Source of the DNA: Candidatus Poribacteria bacterium
GTDB taxonomy: Bacteria; Poribacteria; WGA-4E; WGA-3G
Direction of reading: 5' to 3'
Assembly: GCA_963665235.2 (NCBI GenBank)
Contig: CAXXLX010000001.1
Location: 32,001 to 96,000 of the forward strand
Length of the DNA stretch: 64,000 nt
Shown here: piece by piece, positions 49,838-60,300 of the stretch
How positions within the stretch are numbered: the stretch's first letter is position 1
How the letters are laid out: every line of letters starts with the position of its first letter
Translations under genes and position numbers: made by a program
The notes under the pieces: generated by a model
Told to the model about the DNA's origin: nothing
Seen by the model: the letters and a program-made list of their open reading frames with translations, nothing else
The model's database searches: none

Positions 49838-50494
49838 ATGTTTATGTTGAACAAGACATCTATTTTTAGTTTATTTTTTATAGCTGGTTTATTACTGCTA
49901 AACGGTATCAGTTACAGTTACGACCGTGCGATTGAGGCTGAAATGGCAGATACAATTGAGGCACCAATGGTCATCGCTGAAGATGCGGAGGCATCCGGCG
50001 GAAAATACGTCTGGATGGAAGGCCCACCAGCCACAGGCGGTGGGGACCAAGGATGGGCAGAATTTATCATCAACATCCCAGAAGCGGGCACTTACGCGTT
50101 ATGGGCGCACGTCTTTGTGTGGGATGGCAACAGCGACTCATTTTGGGTGACATGGCAACCTGCCGACCCTGACGAAAATGCACAGGAGACCAAAAATACG
50201 CAATACCGATGGAGTATTCAAACAAAAAATGCATGGCACTGGGATCGGATTAACCATTGGTTAAATGGGGGTACGTTTGACCGCGAGTGGGAGCTCCCTG
50301 CCGGTGAAACAACCTTACGTGTTGCTGTTCGAGAGGATGCGGCGAGGTTAGATGTTATTTTTATCACCGACAATCTCTCCGAAAATGTGGATGATGTCAA
50401 CCCGCGCTATCCTGGGCCCGAAGACACTATCACCCCCGTTGAACCGCAAGATAAACTCACGACAACGTGGGCTAAAATTAAAGCTCGGAAATAG
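49838..50494 (+). CDS. Secreted protein with a carbohydrate-binding-module-like jelly-roll domain
   Basis: Signal peptide; IEAE...ASGGKYV, DSFWV and VREDAARLD; TTWAKIK tail. Confidence 0.7.
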   Translation: MFMLNKTSIFSLFFIAGLLLLNGISYSYDRAIEAEMADTIEAPMVIAEDAEASGGKYVWMEGPPATGGGDQGWAEFIINIPEAGTYALWAHVFVWDGNSDSFWVTWQPADPDENAQETKNTQYRWSIQTKNAWHWDRINHWLNGGTFDREWELPAGETTLRVAVREDAARLDVIFITDNLSENVDDVNPRYPGPEDTITPVEPQDKLTTTWAKIKARK

Positions 50495-50503
50495 TTTATT
50501 GTT

Positions 50504-50618
50504 CAGGACTTACGCATCGCGTTGATAAACCCTTATGATAGTGGGATTTAGAGGGAGACCTCGCGGGCGAGGTGACCTCGCCCCTACGAGGCTTAGTGCT
50601 AAATTTGCGTAAGTCCTG
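50504..50618. mobile_element. MITE (CAGGACTTACGCA TIR) containing a GTAG-REP hairpin
   Basis: Perfect TIRs; flanks TTGTT/TTGTC; inverted relative to the 29512 copy. Confidence 0.8.
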
Positions 50619-50746
50619 TTGTCCTAAAAGGAGGACAGAGGCATCCTAGTCCTATCGGGGTGACAAGCGTATAGAGAAACACCCGGGTTGCCTCGCCCTC
50701 CACGGCAAAATTGTTGCTACATACCGAAAGAGTAGGGAGGTTTATT

Positions 50747-51421
50747 ATGAAACACAATGTAATTTTTTTCTTGGTTATATTGACAGCGAGCTTATGCACA
50801 GTCGCCGGGCTGAATGCGGATGTCGAGATTGCACTTGAAGCCGAGTTAGCGAACACACTACAAGACCCGATGGTCATTGCAGAGGATGAACTGGCATCTG
50901 ATGGAAAATACGTTTGGATGGAAGGTCCACCAGCTACAGGCGGTGGGGACAAAGGGTGGGCAGAATTCATCATCAACATCCCAAAAGCGGGCACCTATGC
51001 GTTGTGGGGACACGTCTTTGCATGGGATGGCAACAGCGACTCATTTTGGGCGACATGGCAACCTGCCGACCCTAACGAAAATGCACAGGAGACCAAAAAT
51101 ACGCAATACCGATGGAGTATTAGGACAAAAAACGCCTGGCACTGGACTCGGGTTAATCACTGGTTAAACGCGGGTACGTTTGACCGCGAGTGGAAGTTTG
51201 ATGACCCCGGGGAAACGGTTTTGCGGATAGCTGTCCGTGAAGATGCCACCAAGTTAGACGCTATTTTTGTCACCTCAAACGTAGCTGCCAATACAGAAGG
51301 GGCAGCAAACGTTCGTCTTCCAACGGATAAGGATAGAAAGCTGCAGATTGAAGGGTTAGCTGTTGATGCGAAGGGTAAAGTGGCAACCACCTGGGCACTC
51401 CTGAAACGCGCGTATCGGTAA
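50747..51421 (+). CDS. Secreted CBM-like protein, tandem paralogue of 49838-50494
   Basis: Near-identical core; TTWALLK tail; GGGAGG RBS. Confidence 0.75.
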   Translation: MKHNVIFFLVILTASLCTVAGLNADVEIALEAELANTLQDPMVIAEDELASDGKYVWMEGPPATGGGDKGWAEFIINIPKAGTYALWGHVFAWDGNSDSFWATWQPADPNENAQETKNTQYRWSIRTKNAWHWTRVNHWLNAGTFDREWKFDDPGETVLRIAVREDATKLDAIFVTSNVAANTEGAANVRLPTDKDRKLQIEGLAVDAKGKVATTWALLKRAYR

Positions 51422-51788
51422 GCGGTGCCGACGATTTCGGCACGTGAATCCCTATAAAACCGTGCCATACTGAATCTAGGGGGCCGTTATATATGAAACG
51501 GTTGTTGCGAAATATATAGTACTGTTGCCTGTAGTAATTGACGCACCAGTGGTCAAATCCGCGTTCAAATTGAGTAACGCGTTTCGGTGGTCCGAGGCGG
51601 GCTTGTAAGTTCTCTGTCGCTCGTTTATCGCGCGTGACAAGTGTATGCGTTAGATAACCCACCCCCGATAGAATGCCGACAAGTGCCAGTTTTCCTTTGG
51701 ATTTACTTGAGAGGCTGGCCACAGGTAACGTTAACCCCCCAATTAGGCTTATAATAAGTATGCAACAGAGCCCTTTTTTTCCGTTCAT
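51270..51788 (-). CDS. Hypothetical membrane-anchored protein (3' end overlaps the convergent gene)
   Basis: MNGKKGLCCILIISLIGG signal-like start plus a second hydrophobic helix. Confidence 0.4.
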   Translation of the reverse strand: MNGKKGLCCILIISLIGGLTLPVASLSSKSKGKLALVGILSGVGYLTHTLVTRDKRATENLQARLGPPKRVTQFERGFDHWCVNYYRQQYYIFRNNRFIYNGPLDSVWHGFIGIHVPKSSAPLTDTRVSGVPRWLPLYPSHQQLTLQSAAFYPYPLEDERLLPLLYWQLRLR

Positions 51789-51834
51789 CTTGAGTTGAGA
51801 ATTGACCAAATTTTGGAATTTCCGTGTATTAACC

Positions 51835-51863
51835 TTGACAAAAAAAGAATTTGCGGGTATCCT
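51835..51863 (+). promoter_or_regulatory. sigma70-like promoter of nadA
   Basis: TTGACA-N17-TATCCT. Confidence 0.55.
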
Positions 51864-51974
51864 ATTAAGAATAAAAAGACTTGCTAACAAATACGTATGT
51901 CTGTCTATCCCCGAAAAATGGGGACTCTTTTTAAGACATGACCCTGTTAGCGATTGACTTGGAGCGTGATTAGC

Positions 51975-53135
51975 ATGCCTAAAGGCCACGCGGAACGAAA
52001 TATAGAAAGCACAGCAGCAACTTCCGGTATAGAAAATGGGTCGGAAAATCAAAATCGGGAGCTTGTGCCTACGCTTAGCCTTGAAGATGTTAAACGTGAA
52101 TTATATAATCGGCATCACCCGAGTTTAACGTTTCTTGACATAGAAGCACATGCCGAAACTATCTACAAGATACGAGACCTGAAGCAGAAACATGATGTTG
52201 TGATGTTAGGTCACAACTATATGGAGCCGTTAGTTTTCGGCTTGTCCGATAAAGAGGAGCAAGGCGATTCGCTGGGACTGAGTATGTATGCAGCGAAGAC
52301 AGAAGCCCCGTATCTCATCTTTAACGGTGTGCCGTTCATGGCAGAAACGGCGAAAATTCTAAGTCCGGACAAAACCGTGTTAGTGGCGGACAAAACAGCG
52401 GGCTGTTCACTTGCCGATAACTTTGGTGCCGAGGATGTGAAGGCGTTGAAATCCCTTTATCCGGGTGCCCCGGTCATGATTTACGTGAACAGTTATGCAG
52501 AGGCGAAAGCGGAATCCGATATCTGCTGTACGTCCGCGAACGCTGCACACATTGCGAAGTCTATGCCGGGGGATACGTTGATTTTCGTGCCAGATATCTT
52601 CTTCGCACAGAATTTGGAAGAGGAGCTGAAGGGCGAAAAGCACATCGTTTACCCGGGCAAAAACAACACAGCGCGCGGGGCAGTCTGCGAAGTTCACGAG
52701 CGGTTCACACTATCTGACCTGCTTGCCATACGTGAATCGTTTGAGATTCCGAAGGGACATCCGCAGCGCCAGCTGTATGCACATTGGGAATGCCGTCCGG
52801 ATGTTTTAAAAGAGGCCGATTTTTACGGCAGTACCAGCCAAATTATGAAGGATATTGCCAAAAAAGTAGAAACAGGACAGCTGGAACGTGCCTTTGTCGC
52901 CTCAGAGTGTGAGTTAACCTCCAATTTGGCACAAGAATTTCCGACTGTCCAATTCTGGACAGCGTGTTCGGTGCGATGCTCGCACATGGCGAAGGTGAGG
53001 TTGGATAAAATTGCCAATATCTTAGAGGCAATTGACAGCGGCGATGACCTTGACGACTATGAGGTTACGTTGAGTCCTGAAGTTATTGAAAAAGCGCGCT
53101 CGCCAATTGAGCGGATGCTTGAAATGAGCGTGTAG
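51975..53135 (+). CDS. nadA: Quinolinate synthase
   Basis: GHNYM, GDSL, FMAETAKIL, AGCSLAD, YVNS, CTSANA and HWEC...GSTS motifs. Confidence 0.95.
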   Translation: MPKGHAERNIESTAATSGIENGSENQNRELVPTLSLEDVKRELYNRHHPSLTFLDIEAHAETIYKIRDLKQKHDVVMLGHNYMEPLVFGLSDKEEQGDSLGLSMYAAKTEAPYLIFNGVPFMAETAKILSPDKTVLVADKTAGCSLADNFGAEDVKALKSLYPGAPVMIYVNSYAEAKAESDICCTSANAAHIAKSMPGDTLIFVPDIFFAQNLEEELKGEKHIVYPGKNNTARGAVCEVHERFTLSDLLAIRESFEIPKGHPQRQLYAHWECRPDVLKEADFYGSTSQIMKDIAKKVETGQLERAFVASECELTSNLAQEFPTVQFWTACSVRCSHMAKVRLDKIANILEAIDSGDDLDDYEVTLSPEVIEKARSPIERMLEMSV

Positions 53136-53166
53136 TGGCATCGTTCGCTTCGCTTTCACTTCCTAT

Positions 53167-53332
53167 CGGGCGGGGAAACCCCGCCCCTACGATACACACC
53201 TCAATAACGAAAGCGGACGGGGAAACCCCGCCCCTACGATACACACCTCAATAACGAAAGCGGACGGGGAGACACTGCCCCTACGATACACACCTACCGG
53301 GCGGGGAAACCCCGCCCCTACGATACACACCT
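53167..53332. repeat. Four GTAG-type REP units (GGGCGGGGAAACCCCGCCCCTACGATACACACCT) between convergent genes
   Basis: Four tandem hairpin-containing copies. Confidence 0.85.
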
Positions 53333-53359
53333 TCAATTAGTTACGGAAGCCGCGATGAT

Positions 53360-54322
53360 TCAAAACCTTGTGATAAAGGAGATGCGGTGCCCGTTTCCGA
53401 CATTAGCATCAGGGATAAAAGCGTAATCGAATTGGAAGTCGATATTTGCTAATGCATCCTGCCCGCTTCGTCGGACTCCGATGCCTAGTGCTAAGCCGTT
53501 GCTCGGATTTTCATTTAAATCGATACGGTAACCGATACGTGCTGCGACACTCTCGTAAAACCACCGTTCTGCCCCTATATGAAAGCTAGGATGCGCATCG
53601 ATAAGCGGTAGATTCGCGTCTGCGACAAATGTGTAGAGTGGTTTTTTGACTGCCTCTACGGGCTGTTTGTAGGTTCCGTAAGCGATGCCCGCGCGGACAG
53701 CCATCGGTAGGGTATCGTCTCCGTCTAGGATACCCGCATTTTGGACAGCAACGCCTATTCCGAGGTGTTCGTCAAGCAGCCGCAAAATTAAACCGACATC
53801 TGCGGCCGCGCCGTAAACGTTCTCAATATCGAGCTGCTGTGAGATAAGTTTAGCAGTACCGCCGATAGACACGTTTGTTCCTATAGGATAGGCGATAGAT
53901 AGACCGGTAGCAAAGCCGCCGACGGTAACGGTGCTGTCAGGCGTTTCAGTCGGTCCCTGCCGACGTTCGATTTCTGTAAAACTTCCTATAAAACTTGCCC
54001 CCCACACGAACCGATTGGCACGTTGCGCGTACCCAATGGATTGATTGTTAATGTCCGCATAAGAGAAGTGTTGCATTGCGGTTAGCTCGCGGGTATGAAC
54101 AGCCGTTAATCCTGCGGGGTTCCAAAAGATAGTGTTAATATCGTTAGCAAGTCCCGCGAAGGCTCCGCCCATTCCGACCGGTCGGCTGCCACCGTCAATT
54201 TTGAGAAAAGCTGCGCCAGCGGTTCCGGCACCTTCATGGATATCAACTGCCCAACTCGGGGTTACAATAAGAAGAGCTATTACAATCATCACGGTCATGA
54301 GACCGTGCCTACTTTTGTGCAT
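53360..54322 (-). CDS. PorV/PorQ-family outer-membrane beta-barrel
   Basis: Signal peptide; AAFLKI...RPVGMGGAFAGLAND...FWNPAGL; C-terminal DYAF...HRISF..RF. Confidence 0.8.
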   Translation of the reverse strand: MHKSRHGLMTVMIVIALLIVTPSWAVDIHEGAGTAGAAFLKIDGGSRPVGMGGAFAGLANDINTIFWNPAGLTAVHTRELTAMQHFSYADINNQSIGYAQRANRFVWGASFIGSFTEIERRQGPTETPDSTVTVGGFATGLSIAYPIGTNVSIGGTAKLISQQLDIENVYGAAADVGLILRLLDEHLGIGVAVQNAGILDGDDTLPMAVRAGIAYGTYKQPVEAVKKPLYTFVADANLPLIDAHPSFHIGAERWFYESVAARIGYRIDLNENPSNGLALGIGVRRSGQDALANIDFQFDYAFIPDANVGNGHRISFITRF

Positions 54323-54363
54323 TATTTTTTCTCCTTTTGTCTATTTTTATGCACTCGCGTTTA

Positions 54364-57300
54364 CTAGTCGACGACAAGTATTTTGCCGACAGCATTTGCC
54401 CGATTTCCTGCTGCATTAACTGCCTCTAATCGGAAGATGTAGAGTCCTCGTGCCACAGTGGTACCTGCCTGATTTTCCAAGTTCCATTTAATCAATTGGT
54501 CGTTCCGTTTACCTGATGCAACGTTCGGATATGTCTGTGAGCGGACGATGTCTCCGCTCCAGTCGTAGATGTGCAAAGTCAGGTCTACCGTTTCCTCCGC
54601 GTTTAGGTCAAAGGAGAAGAAGGCAACACCGCCTTTTGTACGCCGCAGCGGGTTTGGCCATCCAAACGTTGCCCCTCGGAAGCTGAAAGAGACCGACATT
54701 GTATATTCACCGCCATCGTAAACAGAAAAGTTTCCTGCTTTGTCAGTGACCCGGATGTCTAAATCGTATTCGCCTGAGCGTGAGGGGAAGAAATCTATGG
54801 ACCATCGGCTCCACGGTTCCTCTTGTGCGTCGCTCTCATCCTCGGCGGGTACCGGTTCAATCGGTTGGCCATCAGGGCCGGTGCCGATGATTTCCACGAG
54901 CCATACGCCGGATGCTGGGACAGGGACTTCTCCGCCATCGCCGCCACCTTGGCCCCGCGGGCGTGTTCCCGCTGGGTCGGTCGCTGTGCCCTGTAAGGGG
55001 AGTGCTTCATCTGTGAGTTCCGTTTTACCGCCATCACTCGTTAGGGTAGCAGTTGGTTCTGTCGTCTCATAAAGGAATTGGGTTGTGATTGTTCCCCTCG
55101 GTGCGAATCCGAGCCGTTCGGAGTCGTTTCCGATACCGGTCACTGTAACCTGGTAGGGCCCTTGGAAATTCAGACCATCCGATTTGAAAATGAGCGTATC
55201 CACGCCGTTCTGCTGCGTGTTGCCCGAAATTTCTGCGCCCGTGGGGTCTCTCACAACGATGTTGGATTGTGAAAGGTCAACCCCAAGTCCCGTATCCGTG
55301 ACACTTGCTTGGATGACGACTCCGGTAGTAGTGGAGATGGCAGTCGGGTAATCGACAGCATTGGTGTCAACGAGAAGTGGGATATCATTGATAAGCAGCG
55401 TGCTGACATCAATGAACGGAGGCGTTGTATCGTAGGTAAAGACCTTTTCGTAAGACGTATCGCCATTACCTGCAAGGTCGATAGGCGTAATAGTAATACG
55501 ATACTCCCCATCAGCGGACCCGTTATCAGCTAGTGGGACCGTGAGTCGGAAGATGAGTGTGGCCTCACCGTTATGGGAGACGCGGCCCGATATTTGCGTT
55601 GCGTTCGGTGAGAGTTGTTCAAAGGTTATCCACTCTTCATCTAGATTTTTCCAATCAATTCCGGCACTGTTATCGGTGAGGTCGGCATGAATTTCCATCA
55701 ATGCGTTATTCGCTGCCGGTTCAGCAACGATGAGCCGAATGGCTTCCGGTTCAATTTCGGGGCTCTGCGTGTCGTACATAAAAACCAATTTTTGCATGTC
55801 GCCGCTGCGTCCGGAGCCGCTAATTGGTGTGAATTCGATGGTATAGCGTCCATCTTCGGAGCCGTCTGTTGCAAGGGGCCGGACGAGGTTATAGATTAAG
55901 CGGTTAGGTTCGCGTTGCTGTTGGCCTGCGATGACCTGTCCCGCAGGGTTCAATAACTGAAGTGTTGACAAATGGTGTTCATCATCAGTTTGCAGCGCGA
56001 CCTCAATTCGCTCAACCTTTTCGCTGGTAAAGGCTTCATCTATTGGAGCAGTGGCAGGGACCGTCGAAACAATTGCGGGCAAGTGTCTACTCAGCAGGAA
56101 ACTGTGTTCAAAGATAGATGCGTTCCCGTTGCCTGCCCTGTCAACAGCATTGACGCGGATGATGTAGCGTCCATCCTCCACAAGTTGATTTGTATTCAGG
56201 GTTAGCTGTGTTTTACCGTCACTGGCGAGTTCGCCTGATATAGCTGTGCCGTTTGGGTCCACTAGTGTTACGGTGGTGTTTTTCCAATCGATTCCGCTTT
56301 CCCCTTTATCGTCAAGCGTTACCTGTATTTGTGTGATGTCCTCGGTGATAAGTGCTTTATCAGCGGGGTTGGTGCTGATAAGAGTGGGCACTTGGGTATC
56401 ATAGACGATTGTATGCTCAACATCGAGGACATTCCCGGCTTTGTCCGATAACGCAATAACGACGGTGTATTGTCCATCCCTACTACCGTCGAGCGGTAAC
56501 GGTTCGGTTAGTGTAAGAAACACTCTATATAACTCATTGTTATATGTCAATTGCGTAGGGAGTAGTCTTCCACTTGCGTCACGGAGGCTAATAGCCTGGT
56601 CAGCAAGTTCGAGGTCTGCGGGCCCAACATCCTGAATTGTGAGATTGAGTTGTGTTAAACTCTCGCTGATGTAAGAGACAGGTTGACTGAGGTCAACCGG
56701 TTCAGCAGCTGTTATCTTCGGTGCTTGGGTATCATAGATAAACTCACGATAGACAGTGCTTCCTTGACGACCTGCTTTATCAATAGGTGTAATATAGACA
56801 GCATATTTACCATCAGAGCTGCCATCTGTTGATAACGTTATCGGCTCCCATCGAATCAGGTCCGTACCATTTGTGGTAAGTGTGCCAGGGACAACTGTTG
56901 CATCAGGGGTTGTGACGGTTATGTTTGACCCGGTTTCATCAAGTGCTAACCCTACTCCGGCGGGGTCAAGGAGGGTGGCATCTATCCGCATATTGCGTGC
57001 GTTGGCGTAAGCAACATCACCACTTCCGGATGTGATGGATTCACCGATAACGACAGAGCCGACAGTCGGTAAAATGAATTGTAGCCGGAACGGGTATTGC
57101 ACTGCACTTTGGGAGATATTACCGGCTATATCCTGCGCGGTGACGCCGAAGGTATACAAACCGCTTTGCGTTAATCCGACCAAATGCGCTGTCAATTGAG
57201 AAATACCGTTGTGCTCTAGCGTAAGCGGAATTACCTCGTCAGATTCATTTGTTAATGTCACAGTCGTCATTTCGAAATCAACACGTGTTGTTTCTTCAAA

Positions 57301-60300
57301 CTGAACAGTTATGCTACTGATAGACTTCGCTAGCTCAGTGACCTGATGCGGAACGAGCGATAGGGGGTCCGGTGTCGTATTTACAAGCACGTCGCTTATC
57401 TTCGGCACTACCGAGTCGTAGACGAATATGTGTTGGGAATCGATACGATTTCCCGCCTTGTCAATCAGGGATACGTTTAAACTATACCTACCATCAGCAC
57501 TCCCATCTCCAGGAAACGGGGCTGGCAATGTCAGATAGAGCTGCTGCGTTAGCTCGTTACGCGTGAGAGCCGATAAAATAGGACGGTCAGCAACGTCGAC
57601 CAATGCGATTTTTTGCGCCTCCCAATCAAAACCAGCAGGTCCAACATCTTCAATGGTAAAGGTGAATTGGTGCAAACTGCCGCTGAGATAAGAGACAGGT
57701 TCGCTGAGAGTGATGGGCGATGCAGCGGTGATGCGCGGGGTTTGTGTATCATAAATGAACTGCCGTTGCACAGCAATACCTGTACGCCCCGCGTTATCCA
57801 TAGGTGTGATGGTCACTGTATAACGTCCATCCGCACTCCCATCCGTTGGCAATGACAGCGGGTGCCATATCAGTTGAGTGTCACCGTTCGCACGGGTTTC
57901 CCCCGGCACTGTGTTACCACTCGGACCTGTGACAATGATACTCGATTCACCCTCCGATAAGGCTAAACCCGCACCACTCCCATCGGTAAACGTGGCGATG
58001 ATTTCCGTATCAGGGCCATTTAGAAAAACAGCATCGCCTGATACACCGCCTAAGGACACAGTGCTGACGCGCGGTAAATCAAACATTAAGCGGAACGGGT
58101 ATTGCAACGCACCTTGAACAGCATTACCCGCTATATCCACCGGAGACACTGAGAGTGTATATCTACCGCCTTGGGTTAGCGCAACAAAACTGATTGTGAG
58201 TTGGTCAATGTTGTTGCTCTCTAAGGTAAATGGGATGGGGGTTCCGCTCTGTTCTACTAAGGTGACACTGGTATTGTCGAAGTCAACCCGCGTTCTCTCT
58301 TCAAAACGGACAGTTATGCTACTGATAGGAACATCCAGCTCGGTGACTTGATGGGCTACAAGTGTTATTGGGGTCTCTGCGGTATTTACAAGCACATCGC
58401 TTAGCTTCGGCACTACCGAATCGTAGACGAACGCGTGCTGCGAATCGACACGGTTGCCCGCCTTGTCAATCAGGGATACGTTTAAACTATACCTACCATC
58501 AGCACTCCCATCTCCAGGAAACGGGGCTGGTAATGTCAGATGGAGCTGCTGCGTCAGCTCATTATGTGTCATAGTGGCAGATACAGGTTCTTCGCTAGCA
58601 TCAACCAATGTGATTTTTTGCGCAGACCAATCAAAACCAGCAGGTCCAACATCTTCAATCGTAAAGGCGAATTGGTGCAAACTACCGCCGACATAAGAGA
58701 CCGGTGCGCTGAGAGTGATGGGCAATGCAGCGGTGATGCGCGGGGTTTGTGTATCGTAAATGAACTGCCGTTGCACAGCAATACCTGTACGCCCCGCGTT
58801 ATCCATAGGCGTGATGGTCACTGTATAACGTCCATCCGCACTCCCATCCGTTGGCAATGACAGCGGGTGCCATATCAGTTGAGTGTCACCGTTCGCACGG
58901 GTTTCCCCCGGCACTGTGTTACCACTCGGACCTGTGACAATGATACTCGATTCACCCTCCGATAAGGCTAAACCCGCACCACTCCCATCGGTAAACGTGG
59001 CGATGATTTCCGTATCAGGGCCATTTAGAAAAACAGCATCGCCTGATACACCGCCTAAGGACACAGTGCTGACGCGCGGTAAATCAAACATTAAGCGGAA
59101 CGGGTATTGCAACGCACCTTGAACAGCATTACCCGCTATATCCACCGGAGACACTGAGAGTGTATATCTACCGCCTTGGGTTAGCGCAACAAAACTGATT
59201 GTGAGTTGGTCAATGTTGTTGCTCTCTAAGGTAAATGGGATGGGGGTTCCGCTCTGTTCTACTAAGGTGACACTGGTATTGTCGAAGTCAACCCGCGTTC
59301 TCTCTTCAAAACGGACAGTTATGCTACTGATAGGAACATCCAGCTCGGTGACCTGATGGGCTACAAGTGTTATTGGGGTCTCTGCGGTATTTACAAGCAC
59401 ATCGCTTAGCTTCGGCACTACCGAGTCGTAGACGAACGCGTGCTGCGAATCGACACGGTTGCCCGCCTTGTCAATCAGGGATACGTTTAAACTATACCTA
59501 CCATCAGCACTCCCATCTCCAGGAAACGGGGCTGGTAATGTCAGATGGAGCTGCTGCGTCAGCTCATTATGTGTCATAGTGGCAGATACAGGTTCTTCGC
59601 TAGCATCAACCAATGTGATTTTTTGCGCAGACCAATCAAAACCAGCAGGTCCAACATCTTCAATCGTAAAGGCGAATTGGTGCAAACTACCGCCGACATA
59701 AGAGACCGGTGCGCTGAGAGTGATGGGCAATGCAGCGGTGATGCGCGGGGTTTGTGTATCGTAAATGAACTGCCGTTGCACAGCAATACCTGTACGCCCC
59801 GCGTTATCCATAGGCGTGATGGTCACTGTATAACGTCCATCCGCACTCCCATCCGTTGGCAATGACAGCGGGTGCCATATCAGTTGAGTGTCACCGTTCA
59901 CACGGGTTTCTCCCGGCACTGTGTTACCACTCGGACCTGTGACAATGATACTCGATTCACCCTCCGATAAGGCTAAACCCGCACCACTCCCATCGGTAAA
60001 CGTCGCTATGATTTCCGTATCAGGGCCATTTAGAAAAACAGCATCGCCTGATACACCGCCTAAGGACACAGTGCTGACGCGCGGTAAATCAAACATTAAG
60101 CGGAACGGGTATTGCAACGCACCTTGAACAGCATTACCCGCTATATCCACCGGAGACACTGAGAGTGTATATCTACCGCCTTGGGTTAGCGCAACAAAAC
60201 TGATTGTGAGTTGGTCAATGTTGTTGCTCTCTAAGGTAAATGGGATGGGGGTTCCGCTCTGTTCTACTAAGGTGACACTTGTATTGTCGAAGTCAACCCG

